Assembly: GCA_963818475.1 (NCBI GenBank)
Contig: CAWFSF010000002.1
Location: forward strand, 32,001-96,000
DNA: 64,000 nucleotides
From: Nitrospirota bacterium
GTDB lineage: Bacteria; Nitrospirota; UBA9217
Reading direction: 5' to 3'
In this document: positions 10,588 through 19,706 of the stretch, one piece after another
How positions within the stretch are numbered: the stretch's first letter is position 1
Layout: every line of letters starts with the position of its first letter
The notes under the pieces: model-generated
What the model was told of the DNA's origin: nothing
Database searches by the model: none
The model's input: the letters and a program-made list of their open reading frames with translations, nothing else
Made by a program: the position numbers and the translations under genes

Positions 10588-10872
10588 TTATGCGGCCCTT
10601 TTTAGACTGATACGCATACCTGCCTTTGTCGCAAGAGCGATAAGCATTTCCAAACTGAACTTCTCCCATTTGCCTCTTGTAAGATCAGAGATGCGGGACT
10701 GACTAACACCAAGAATTTCAGCCGCTTTGGCTTGCGTCAGCTTTTTGTTCTTGATGAACTTCCGAAGATCACCCATGATCTCAGAACGCATCTGAAGAAT
10801 TGCGGCGTCCTCAGGGGAAAAACCAAGATCAAGAAATACGTTGCCGGAAGATTTAACAATTGGTTCTTTCAT
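10588..10872 (-). CDS. XRE/HTH antitoxin (HigA-like)
   Basis: SSGNVFLDLGF, LTQAKAAEILGVSQSRISDL, KFSLEML. Confidence 0.85.
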   Translation of the reverse strand: MKEPIVKSSGNVFLDLGFSPEDAAILQMRSEIMGDLRKFIKNKKLTQAKAAEILGVSQSRISDLTRGKWEKFSLEMLIALATKAGMRISLKRAA

Positions 10873-10873
10873 A

Positions 10874-11203
10874 CTACTTCCCTCCAATTTGCTTGAATCG
10901 CTTGCGAGCTAATTCAATGTCGTTTTGATTCGTTTTTTGGCTCTTCTTTTGAAACGAATGGAGGACATATACCGCGTCCTCGAATTTCGCCACATAAATA
11001 ATGCGCCATTCTCCCAGGACATGGATTCGGATTTCCTTAACGCCGCGTCCTATACTGGGCATAGCTTTCCAATCGTTCGGGTCAAGTCCGTTTTGAACGG
11101 AATATAATTCAAAGCCCGCCGTTTTGCGAGCTTCGTCCGGGAAGTTTCGGAGATCGTCCAAGCTTGAGCCTATGAAGTTCAGCGGTTTAACCGGTCTCGT
11201 TAT
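10874..11203 (-). CDS. RelE/ParE (Gp49-like) toxin; start uncertain
   Basis: Frame stays open upstream of TTG 11161 (VKPLNFIGSSLDDLRNFP); GVKEIRI, YVLHSFQKKSQKT. Confidence 0.8.
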   Translation of the reverse strand: MTRPVKPLNFIGSSLDDLRNFPDEARKTAGFELYSVQNGLDPNDWKAMPSIGRGVKEIRIHVLGEWRIIYVAKFEDAVYVLHSFQKKSQKTNQNDIELARKRFKQIGGK

Positions 11204-11206
11204 TGT

Positions 11207-11234
11207 ATTATATAAGTTTTTATATATTAATCAA
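11207..11234 (-). promoter_or_regulatory. Sigma70-like promoter of the TA pair
   Basis: TTGATT-16 nt-TATAAT overlapping a TATATA...TATATA inverted repeat. Confidence 0.55.
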
Positions 11235-11260
11235 GCATTATTTGGGGAGGGACATAAGCT

Positions 11261-11325
11261 GTCGGGTAGAGTGCAGCGCAACCCAACGGCTCTTGTCGGG
11301 TTTCGCGTTGCTCTACACGACCTAC
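11261..11325. repeat. REP doublet (REPIN-like)
   Basis: GTCGGGTAGAGTGCAGCGCAACCCAAC and an inverted copy GTAGGTCGTGTAGAGCAACGCGAAACCCGAC with a GTAG foot. Confidence 0.65.
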
Positions 11326-11821
11326 CAACGGATACACAAGTGACTTGCCTCTAACTGATTCAAGCCAGTTCATCCGGCTGACCGCTTCGCTGCGAAATCA
11401 GGTGATCAATTTTCACCGTATAATTTGACATTTTTCCTTGCTATTCATTTCCTCAGCGAGGACATAAAATACCAAGTTATGTTATGCCACTGGAAGGTAA
11501 ACGACTCGGTGTCTTTTAACGCTCTACCGGCATTGAAATATGCTACAGTGTCGTATCGATTTATGGCAATATCACCAGCCGGTGCACTTTTCGAGGCAGC
11601 TATGACGCCGACTCCGGTTAAATAGCAATAATGCCAATGAGAAACTCATTAGAAACCTATCGGCTGATTTCAGTGATATCATGTCCGACTACCTACTTAT
11701 ATCAATTATTCAAAGATCGCCGCCGCGCTGCTGCTATACTACACTCACTCTCGGCTTAACAATCAATGTCGTCCTTCTCAGGACTAGTATTGTGGATCAA
11801 ATTTCTTCTACGCTCATGGCT

Positions 11822-13723
11822 TTACAACGACTGACTATCGTCTGAAGACACCTTCAGTACTGCTGCAATCGATGCGCTAAGGTCCTTGAGGAGGAACGGC
11901 TTGGCCACCACACCTGCGAACCCGTATTGCGCGTAGTCGGCCATGACGGGGTCATTGGCATAACCGCTGGACACAATTGCTCTGACGCCGGGATCAATCT
12001 CCCGCAGCCTGGCAATCGCTTCCTTTCCACCCATGCCGCCGCGTACGGTCAGATCCAGGATCACTGCGTCGAATGGGTTGTTGCTCTGTATTGACTCTTG
12101 ATAACGCTCCACGGCCTTTGCCCCGTCCTCGACAAGTGTCACTCCGTACCCTAGCCGCCGGAGCATCATTCCCACGGTTTCCCGCACACTTTGCTCGTCG
12201 TCCATGACGAGGATCGTGCCGCGTCCCTCCCTGATCCGCCCTTCGCCGGCCTTTGCTTCCGCACAGAGCGTACTGTTGCTGGCAGGTAAATAGACGGTGA
12301 AGGTTGTGCCGGCTCCAGGCATGGATTCCACCGTGACGTGACCGTCATGCTTCGTGATGATTGAGTAGGTGACCGCGAGGCCCAGGCCGCTCCCTTTCTG
12401 CTTCGTGGTGTAATAGGGATCAAAGACCTTTCCGATGTATTCCTTGGGGATGCCGATCCCGCAGTCATGTACGGACAGCCGGATGTATTTGCCAGGCTTC
12501 AGCGTGGGAATTTCATGGTGCGCCACATCGACGTTCTCCGCCCGCACCGTGATTGTGCCGCCCGCAGGCATGGCCTGGTCGGCATTTATCACCAGATTGT
12601 TAACCACCTGGGCTATCTGTCCCGCGTCCGCCTCTGCCAGCCAGAGATCATGGGGCAGCTCGATGGCGCACGTTACGCGGCTTCCATGCAAAGAGAACTC
12701 TGTCGCCTCTCGGATCACCGGACCGATGTCAACGGTCTTCCTGATTGGGTCGCCTCCCCGGGAAAAGGTCAGCAACTGCTGGGTAAGGCCCTGCGCGCGG
12801 AGTGAAGCCTTTTCAGCAGTCTGCAACTGCCGGTGCGTGTGGCTCGCCGGTTCCACGTCGAGCACCGCCATCGATATATTTCCCAGGATCGTAACCAACA
12901 GATTGTTGAAATCGTGGGCGATGCCGCCGGCAAGGATGCCCAGGGACTCCAGCTTCTGCGCCCGGATCAGATTTTCCTCCATGTTCTTCCGGTCGGTGAT
13001 GTCGCGGGAGTTGACGATGATGATGACCGTATCGTCGTCCGCAGTAAGGCTCTTCCCGACGGCTTCGAGATGCCGCCAGGAACCGTCCTTGTGACGGAAT
13101 CGGAATTCGGCGGCATCATTCCGTCCCGGCTCCTTTACTGCGTCGCTGAAGGCCTTGAAGGTGGCAGCGCTATCAGCGGGGTGGATGTAGTCGAACACGT
13201 TTATGCCGATCAATTCTTCCGGCAGGTACCCCAGAAGCTTTTCGACAGAGGGACTTTCGTACCGTATCGTTCCATCGCTGTTGAGAACCGTGATGATGTC
13301 AAGGCCGTTCTCGATGAGCGATCTGAAATGCTTTGCCGTCCTGGTGACCTCTTGTTCGGCCCGCTGTCGTTCAGCCATCTCCTGCCGCAATCGGTCATTG
13401 GAGAACTCGAGTTCTTTCGAGCGCTCCAGCACAATCTGCTCTGCAAGTTTACGATTCGATATTTCTTGCTGCAGCTGTTCGTTGGTTTTTATCAGTTCCG
13501 ACGTTTGTTTTATAAAATAAATAACAATGGGTGCAACGACTAATGGCACAAACAACGCATCGATCGCTCCTATTATCAATAGCTCAGAGGATACTTTGCC
13601 AAACCAGAAGAAGCTCTGGATGGTATTCAATACGGCGGTAAATAGTTCAGAGAAAACCACCGAGATCCAGACAAAATGCCAGGGATTGATCCGATACCTC
13701 TTGGGAGGAGCTGTGTTGGTCAT
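11822..13723 (-). CDS. Hybrid sensor histidine kinase (TM-PAS-HisKA-HATPase-REC)
   Basis: LAGGIAHDFNNLL H-box, NLVINADQAM, DPYYTTK, GSGLGL, VMDDE receiver. Confidence 0.92.
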   Translation of the reverse strand: MTNTAPPKRYRINPWHFVWISVVFSELFTAVLNTIQSFFWFGKVSSELLIIGAIDALFVPLVVAPIVIYFIKQTSELIKTNEQLQQEISNRKLAEQIVLERSKELEFSNDRLRQEMAERQRAEQEVTRTAKHFRSLIENGLDIITVLNSDGTIRYESPSVEKLLGYLPEELIGINVFDYIHPADSAATFKAFSDAVKEPGRNDAAEFRFRHKDGSWRHLEAVGKSLTADDDTVIIIVNSRDITDRKNMEENLIRAQKLESLGILAGGIAHDFNNLLVTILGNISMAVLDVEPASHTHRQLQTAEKASLRAQGLTQQLLTFSRGGDPIRKTVDIGPVIREATEFSLHGSRVTCAIELPHDLWLAEADAGQIAQVVNNLVINADQAMPAGGTITVRAENVDVAHHEIPTLKPGKYIRLSVHDCGIGIPKEYIGKVFDPYYTTKQKGSGLGLAVTYSIITKHDGHVTVESMPGAGTTFTVYLPASNSTLCAEAKAGEGRIREGRGTILVMDDEQSVRETVGMMLRRLGYGVTLVEDGAKAVERYQESIQSNNPFDAVILDLTVRGGMGGKEAIARLREIDPGVRAIVSSGYANDPVMADYAQYGFAGVVAKPFLLKDLSASIAAVLKVSSDDSQSL

Positions 13724-13759
13724 TGTTGAATTCTCCTGAATAGTGTTGTATACATTTTT

Positions 13760-13805
13760 CCGTATCGATGAGTTGAGCGGCTCGGCTTTACATGATTGGT
13801 TAGCA
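13760..13805 (-). mobile_element. Possible decayed attC site
   Basis: TGCTAAC...GCCGCTCAACTCATC-GATACGG, 10 nt after the PhzF stop; GTT core reads GAT. Confidence 0.35.
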
Positions 13806-13815
13806 TAGGATTCTA

Positions 13816-14715
13816 TTATGATAAGATATATTCTCCCTGGATTCGCACGATTGCACCGCCTCCGAACAGCACCCGCATTTTTCCATGTTCATCATTCCGG
13901 GTGATCAGCTTAACAATGTTCGGGCTGACGAACTCTCCGTTCTGCTCCACGGTCATCGATTTCCCATCCCACTTGGAGTTTTTCAAAAGATAATAGCCGA
14001 AGGCGGCGTTCCCCGAACCCGTTGCGGGGTCTTCAAGGTAGCCAAAGGTCGGCGCAAATACTCTCGTCCGGAACCGGTTCGGTTTATGAGCGTCACTTCA
14101 TCGGTAAAGACCGTAATGATGTCTATGGAATTTTTCCGGCAGTATGATTTCAACTCGTCCAGCTGGGGGGACAACGACAGTATGGTGTCCAGCTTCTTTA
14201 GGGGGACGATCAATGTTTCCAGCCCCGCATTGACGACTGAGACGGGATAGTGGTCGCTTATTTCATTGGGCTCGATTTTTACGGCCTCGGCAAAGCGGTT
14301 TTTGTCGATCGCGGCTGGTGCAAATACCGGATCAGGGGCAGTGATGAACACGGCATTGTCGTTTGGTATCCTGTTCACGACCTCCAGCCGCCCTTTGTTG
14401 GTTACGATAGAAATGGCCTCTTTAGTCGTCAGCCTGCTATTACTCTGGATAAGGTCGTACATGATGGCAATTGTTGCGTGACCGCAGAACTCGACTTCGC
14501 GTTCAGATGAAAAGTAACGAAGACCGTAAGTATCGTCGTCAATTTGGCCAAAGATAGCCGACTTCGCTTACAAATCCCTTCAATTCGCGGGCAATTCTTT
14601 GCATCTCCTGACCGGAGATATCGTTTTGGGTGCTCAAGTATATAATGCCGGCGGGATTGCCTGATGACGTCGCTGTGGCGAAGGCGTCGATTTTTTTAAA
14701 CGGGTATTGTTTCAT
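13816..14715 (-). CDS. PhzF-family isomerase (frameshifted)
   Basis: MKQYPFKKIDAFA..SSGNPAG, REVEFCGHATIA, EDPATGSGNAAFG, FGGGAIVRIQGEY spread over different frames. Confidence 0.8.
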
Positions 14716-14828
14716 GACCTATCCTAGGTGTCATTTCGTCCAAGGACACTCCGGACACTACGTTCCCAATCTTTCCCTGTCTCGGGCTTACCTTGACGCA
14801 AGGACCGGCTGGTTGAAATCATCATTGG

Positions 14829-15137
14829 CTAGGCGTGTTGTAGCGTCAAAACCCGGACTTCTTTCGCAAGGCGCACATCGAGTTTGTCTTTTTCCACTTC
14901 AAGGTCATAGCGCGACTGAAGGTTGAGCCAGAATCGTTCAGAAAGGCTAAAATATCGGGACAGTCTCAGCGCGGTATCAGCGGAAATTGAACGCTTGCCC
15001 TGAACAATTTCATTGATACGGCGAGGCGGTACGCTGATGTCCTTTGATAGCTTGTACTGGCTGATTCCCATAGGTTCCAGAAAGTCTTCGAGGAGTATTT
15101 CTCCGGGATGAATGGGCGGCATTTTTTTCGTTTTCAT
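14829..15137 (-). CDS. higA: HigA-family antitoxin
   Basis: PIHPGEILLEDFL, RRINEIVQGKRSISADTALRL, FWLNLQ. Confidence 0.93.
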   Translation of the reverse strand: MKTKKMPPIHPGEILLEDFLEPMGISQYKLSKDISVPPRRINEIVQGKRSISADTALRLSRYFSLSERFWLNLQSRYDLEVEKDKLDVRLAKEVRVLTLQHA

Positions 15138-15146
15138 AATTAGCTC

Positions 15147-15428
15147 CTAATGGTAGTCGGTTATCTCAACATCGTAGGCATCCCCTTGATGCCATCGAAA
15201 ACATATTCTCCATTGATCGTTGATGCGGATGCTATGTTGCGTATGACGGTTGCCGGAAAGCTTCTCCAGCCGATTGCCGGGAGGCACTCTCAAATCCTCT
15301 AGAAGATCCGCGGCATCCAGATACATCAGTTTTTTCAGGGCGACGCGGCGAATTTCCGACGGAAATTTTGATGCATACTGTCTGTTGAACAGCTTTTCGG
15401 TATCTTTGCCGTGAAAGCTTTTTATCAT
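15147..15428 (-). CDS. higB: HigB-family toxin
   Basis: MIKSF, DLRVPPGNRLEKL, HSIRINDQWRICFRW, EITDYH. Confidence 0.93.
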   Translation of the reverse strand: MIKSFHGKDTEKLFNRQYASKFPSEIRRVALKKLMYLDAADLLEDLRVPPGNRLEKLSGNRHTQHSIRINDQWRICFRWHQGDAYDVEITDYH

Positions 15429-15433
15429 TGTTA

Positions 15434-15463
15434 ATAGTAACGCATGGCGTTAATAGTTGTCAA
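15434..15463 (-). promoter_or_regulatory. higBA promoter with palindromic operator; probably leaderless
   Basis: TTGACA-18 nt-TACTAT, 5 nt before ATG; TAACGC-CAT-GCGTTA palindrome in the spacer. Confidence 0.7.
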
Positions 15464-15569
15464 GTGATATTGTGGCCAGGCTGGCAGCGTAAAATGAGGG
15501 CGAGGCAATTATAATGGCGCGCCCATTCGACATGCGAGTTGGATTACGCATGTTCCGAGGGGTTTCAAT

Positions 15570-15892
15570 GGGTCAATGGGGTCAAGTGTATAGGTGATGT
15601 TGAACTTCCGCATGAATTCTGTAAGATTCCCAAGAGGTGTTTCGACCAGGAGGAGAAAATGGTTGTTCATAAGGACGTAGGTATGGAGTTTGACCGTATA
15701 GATATTCAAAGATTGAGTGAGTATCTGGAGAAAGCGCGCGCGATCGGCGTCATCCTTGGAAATCACCTGTCGTTCGTTTCCGCGACAAGTGACGTGGTAG
15801 ACTGCATCAGGGTATTGAATTCTAAGAGGCCTGGCCATGGGCAAGGATAGAACAATAACTTAATTGTCAATAATGAAGATTTGATCCCAATA
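15570..15892 (-). pseudogene. Truncated Y1 (HUH/RAYT-like) transposase with inverted GGG(G/A)TCAA ends
   Basis: MARPLRIQYPDAVYHVTCRGNER...YVLMNNHFLLLVETP breaks off after about 85 aa; TGGGGTCAAG and inverted TGGGATCAAAT flank it. Confidence 0.75.
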
Positions 15893-15903
15893 GGTTCGTT
15901 GCA

Positions 15904-16611
15904 CTAGTGGTCTGCTGGTTTGTCTTTATTCATTTTCAGTCTCTCTTCTCTCTTTGCTCGAGACAATTTAACTTTTTCTGGCATGACAAACATATACTCG
16001 ATAAACTTTGAAATAAAATCGTGTGCTTCAATAACGTCATCAGCAGTAACTTCTTTCAAATTGTCCTTGTCTGGATGAGCCCCCCAATTACCCAATATTC
16101 TAATTTGATGTGCCCAATCTTTAATATCATTTGGCAAACTATTTAGAGAATCTATTTGCTTAATTAAATCTAGTTTGTGATCTGCTCCAAGAATTACCAA
16201 AGAACTCTGCAGTGCTCTTCGGAACATGGAGCAACTTGCTCTATTGGCCTGTATAGACTCACATTTCAAGGCTTCTTGATAATCCGATAGCACTTGATTT
16301 GGAATAAGTTCTTTTTCTTCACTACTTAATTCATCATCGAAGGATACGGGATATTTTTCTCCCCAGCCTTGCGCGGTTAAGTTTTCATCACTGGAATATG
16401 GATTTTGCTCAAAGTAATATGTTTTTAGGAGAAGCTTCTTGCATGGTTTACATCTAAAAATTACATAAAATTCTACATCTCTATTTCTGAAGGAGTGATA
16501 AGCGCTCCACTGTTTTTCAATATGTGCTTTAGAACCACAGTGAGGGCAGATATCAATTAAGTCTTTAACGTAACCATCAATTAAGGTGCCTGCATCTTTA
16601 ATGTTCATCAT
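15904..16611 (-). CDS. Zn-ribbon + DUF4145 (HEPN-like) cassette protein
   Basis: CPHC/CKPC, DYQEALKC..ASCSMFRRALQ, IRILGNWGAH; AT-rich. Confidence 0.8.
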   Translation of the reverse strand: MMNIKDAGTLIDGYVKDLIDICPHCGSKAHIEKQWSAYHSFRNRDVEFYVIFRCKPCKKLLLKTYYFEQNPYSSDENLTAQGWGEKYPVSFDDELSSEEKELIPNQVLSDYQEALKCESIQANRASCSMFRRALQSSLVILGADHKLDLIKQIDSLNSLPNDIKDWAHQIRILGNWGAHPDKDNLKEVTADDVIEAHDFISKFIEYMFVMPEKVKLSRAKREERLKMNKDKPADH

Positions 16612-16660
16612 TGCCCCCTACAGATCTCATCGCAATTATTTTCCTCAATTGGTTTTTCGC

Positions 16661-16720
16661 GACTAACACGCGGGTGAGACGCGCATTTATTGTGCGTCGG
16701 ACTCGACCCGCACGTTGGAA
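16661..16720 (-). mobile_element. attC site
   Basis: TTCCAAC-GTGCGGGTCGAGTCCGACGCACAATAAATGCGCGTCTCACCCGCGT-GTTAGTC; 60-bp imperfect hairpin with bulged bases. Confidence 0.8.
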
Positions 16721-16758
16721 CTTGGTCCGGACATTTAATTCAGGTAAAATAAATGTGT

Positions 16759-18021
16759 TTATCTTTGGGTTATATACTTATTCATAAATGAAATTAATAT
16801 TGCGGATGAAAAAATAATGCCGATAGCAGCCTCAATTATAACGAGAAGTTGTTTGATGAATATATAATTGCCACTTACAAAGCCATCTAGTAAATCCGAA
16901 TATCCGACTGTATAGAAGGTAATCCCAGAAAAATATACGGAGTTAGCCAACTCGTGAAAGACCGTATTTATAATATTCGGGTTTAACAAGTCCGAGAAAC
17001 TGAGCAGAGCAGAGTTGGCGTGACTTATCATATAAAAAACAATGCCAAAAAATATTACTGATAATATTGAAGAGAATATCACCCTGGATGGTTTATAAAA
17101 AAATCCAAAGGCAAATAGCACGGTCCATATTATGGGGTTGTATTTCTTGTTTCTATAAAAGAAATAATTGAGATCAGACAGAACATAATTATCTATAGAA
17201 GCATGAATTGACTTCTTGAGTAATAAGTAAAAGTTCAACAAATATTGTCTGCAGCGTTCTTGATGATCGCTAATTGAATCACGACAGACCTTTATGTTGT
17301 GCTTTAGAACTCTTTCATATTCTTTTCGCGTTTTATAATTATCTGGGATTTCGTTACCTGCGAGCTGTTTCTCGTATTCATTCATTTGGCTTGTCCAATT
17401 TTCAAGTAAACTTTTATCGTAAAAATTATTAACACGAATCTTGTTCAGTTTTTTATGATATGCCAATATTGAAGTGATATCGATATTGATTTTTTCGATT
17501 TGCAAGTGTTCATATTTTAACACTGACAAGAAGTTGTCTGTAATTTCGAGGTTCTTGATTTTGGTGCCATCAAAACCGACTTCAAGTATTTCAGACCCGA
17601 AGAAAGATAGCTCACCTATGCCGACATCTCGTATATAAATCGATTCAATCACGCAACAATCTACGTTTATGCTTTTGAAGTCAGCCAGTCTGTTAATGTT
17701 TATATTTTGATTGGCAACGGTCTTGTAGATGAAAACTTCAATGTCTTTCAATGTATTATTTGAATCAGGATTTATAATTAGTGCCCCATTAAAAAGACAA
17801 TTTTTGATCGTTATTTTAGTTGCGTGTGGAATACTAATTTTAAGAGTCTTATGAAATATCAAATTCTCAAGTAGGAATTCAGGGGCCGTTGAGGTTAAAT
17901 TAATTTCTTCGCCAAAATCGGTCCCCATAGTGGGAGTATATTCTTTCCGAGAATCGACGTATTTCTGCTCGATTATTTTATCGATAAACTTAAACTTCTT
18001 CATGTATTCCACCACATTCAT
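16759..18021 (-). CDS. Cassette protein: repeat-like N-terminus plus two-TM ion-channel-like domain
   Basis: Ile/Asn-rich repeats, then GFFYKPSRVI TM, SVYFSGITFYTVGYSDL pore loop, IEAAIG TM; very AT-rich. Confidence 0.7.
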   Translation of the reverse strand: MNVVEYMKKFKFIDKIIEQKYVDSRKEYTPTMGTDFGEEINLTSTAPEFLLENLIFHKTLKISIPHATKITIKNCLFNGALIINPDSNNTLKDIEVFIYKTVANQNININRLADFKSINVDCCVIESIYIRDVGIGELSFFGSEILEVGFDGTKIKNLEITDNFLSVLKYEHLQIEKINIDITSILAYHKKLNKIRVNNFYDKSLLENWTSQMNEYEKQLAGNEIPDNYKTRKEYERVLKHNIKVCRDSISDHQERCRQYLLNFYLLLKKSIHASIDNYVLSDLNYFFYRNKKYNPIIWTVLFAFGFFYKPSRVIFSSILSVIFFGIVFYMISHANSALLSFSDLLNPNIINTVFHELANSVYFSGITFYTVGYSDLLDGFVSGNYIFIKQLLVIIEAAIGIIFSSAILISFMNKYITQR

Positions 18022-18046
18022 AACCCTTGCCAAAGGCTTCTTGCGA

Positions 18047-18105
18047 AACAAACGTAGAAGTCAGCCGGAGCGAGCGTAGCAATCGGCTGGATTGGCTTGT
18101 TACGC
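18047..18105 (-). mobile_element. attC site
   Basis: GCGTAAC-AAGCCAATCCAGCCGATTGCTACGCTCGCTCCGGCTGACTTCTAC-GTTTGTT; 59 bp, 7 nt after the stop codon. Confidence 0.85.
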
Positions 18106-18112
18106 AGCATTT

Positions 18113-18970
18113 TCATTCGACAGATGTCTTTTCCTGGGATTTCTCCTTACTAGCATGTTGACTATACCATTCCCATGTAGGCCGATAAAGTTCTTTGTGA
18201 TAGGTTATAGATTTTTGTCCGTTAGGCAGGATTTTTTCAGTAAAATCTGGTGGGATCACAAATAAATCCTCATGCCATCTAGATTGAATTAATAAACTAA
18301 GCATGACTACAATACAAGCAAATACAAAAACCCCGACAGCGATTGGGCTCGGTGGTATAGTCCAAAGCGATAAAAGTGGCTTATAGCGCAGCGATGCAAT
18401 ACCAATAGCAAGGAAACTGACTGCAAGAACGCAGATTGAAACCAGTTGCGCCCAAGCTAATGACTCTCCAGCTCCAGCTGCAGCAGAGTGATATCTCCGG
18501 CGGTTTCGTAATGTGATAAAAAAGAATGATAAGATCATCGTTCCAACGAACAAAAAAATAAAAAATAGTAGAAATACGCTCGCCGCTGCCAATATTATAT
18601 AAATAACAGTATCAACCGATCTACTAAGTCCACTAGCTGCTAAGATCAGAATGGTGAACCGCACCAGATAAATTGACATTTTGAAATCTGTCTGGGCATA
18701 TCCCCATCTGCGAACCTCGACAGACTGCATTTTGAACTCCAGAACAAATCGTACGGTACTGTATCCGATAACACATGCTAAGATGAGTGGTATTGAAGCT
18801 CTGGACAGATCAATGGTTCCAAAATACCCTATGCTTAGAGACTTAAGATCAAACTGAGCGGCCGACCAAGCAAGGGCAATTGCACAAAAAAATGAATTCA
18901 TCCGCCTGGCTGCGCGATACCCTTCGCTTAATTGAAATTGAAAAGGTGGACTTTTTATATCGGTGTTCAT
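18113..18970 (-). CDS. Multi-TM hypothetical cassette protein
   Basis: 285 aa, about 6 hydrophobic segments, bounded by two attC sites. Confidence 0.75.
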   Translation of the reverse strand: MNTDIKSPPFQFQLSEGYRAARRMNSFFCAIALAWSAAQFDLKSLSIGYFGTIDLSRASIPLILACVIGYSTVRFVLEFKMQSVEVRRWGYAQTDFKMSIYLVRFTILILAASGLSRSVDTVIYIILAAASVFLLFFIFLFVGTMILSFFFITLRNRRRYHSAAAGAGESLAWAQLVSICVLAVSFLAIGIASLRYKPLLSLWTIPPSPIAVGVFVFACIVVMLSLLIQSRWHEDLFVIPPDFTEKILPNGQKSITYHKELYRPTWEWYSQHASKEKSQEKTSVE

Positions 18971-18988
18971 CGTTTATTTCCTATCACC

Positions 18989-19044
18989 GCATAACGCGGA
19001 GTTCACACGCCGCGAAACGGTCGGCGTGGAACGATTCGTTAGCC
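18989..19044 (-). mobile_element. attC site
   Basis: GGCTAAC-GAATCGTTCCACGCCGACCGTTTCGCGGCGTGTGAACTCCGC-GTTATGC; 56 bp, 1 nt after the stop codon. Confidence 0.85.
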
Positions 19045-19045
19045 G

Positions 19046-19672
19046 TCACCAAATTGAGAATTCCGGTGTTTTAAGTTTTTGAGCGCGGCATATTGCTGTC
19101 AATGCCTCGACAAGTTTTGCGTAATCATCTTTTGAAGATATTTGGGCAAACCTTGAACGGAACATGATTCTTTCGTCCTCCCTTAGATAAGGGCTCGCAA
19201 TAGCTAAAAGTTGATTAAAGTGTGTTATTGCGCGATTCTCATATGCAACCTGATTTGCCTGTACTGCTGAAAACACAAGGAGGAAAACAACCAAAATAAG
19301 AACTGGACGACCTAGAACCTTAAGTGTTCGATTCACCTCTGGATTCTGAGTTCCGCCCTTTGAACTATTCAATCTTTTTTGAGCAGAAAATACGCCGGTC
19401 ATCGCACCAAGGATAAAGATGGGCAAAAGACCAAAAATTACGCTGTAGAGTCTCAGGCTTGGATCTTCTCGAAAACCAAACGCAATGTCCGCATAGAGTG
19501 AGTTTTTGAATTTTTCAATTCCAAGGGTTGCGATGTTCAGTCCAAAATTGCTCACTACCTTGAGCATCGGCTTAAGCAACCACTCCCAGGCACCGGATCC
19601 CAAAGCTCCGAGGACAACTGTTAATAGAGCGTAGCGAGCTGTCTTCCAAGACAATAAATTACGGATTCCCAT
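19046..19672 (-). CDS. Three-TM hypothetical protein, first cassette
   Basis: 208 aa, LGALGSGAWEWL; AGGAGG RBS; attC directly downstream. Confidence 0.75.
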   Translation of the reverse strand: MGIRNLLSWKTARYALLTVVLGALGSGAWEWLLKPMLKVVSNFGLNIATLGIEKFKNSLYADIAFGFREDPSLRLYSVIFGLLPIFILGAMTGVFSAQKRLNSSKGGTQNPEVNRTLKVLGRPVLILVVFLLVFSAVQANQVAYENRAITHFNQLLAIASPYLREDERIMFRSRFAQISSKDDYAKLVEALTAICRAQKLKTPEFSIW

Positions 19673-19706
19673 GGAATTTCCTCCTGAAGCTTGACTTGAA
19701 ACTGAT

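Noticed and set aside
11425-11820. Additional cassette gene between the kinase and the REP doublet
   Set aside because: AT-rich but no convincing ORF on the array strand; possibly a decayed cassette, not supportable.
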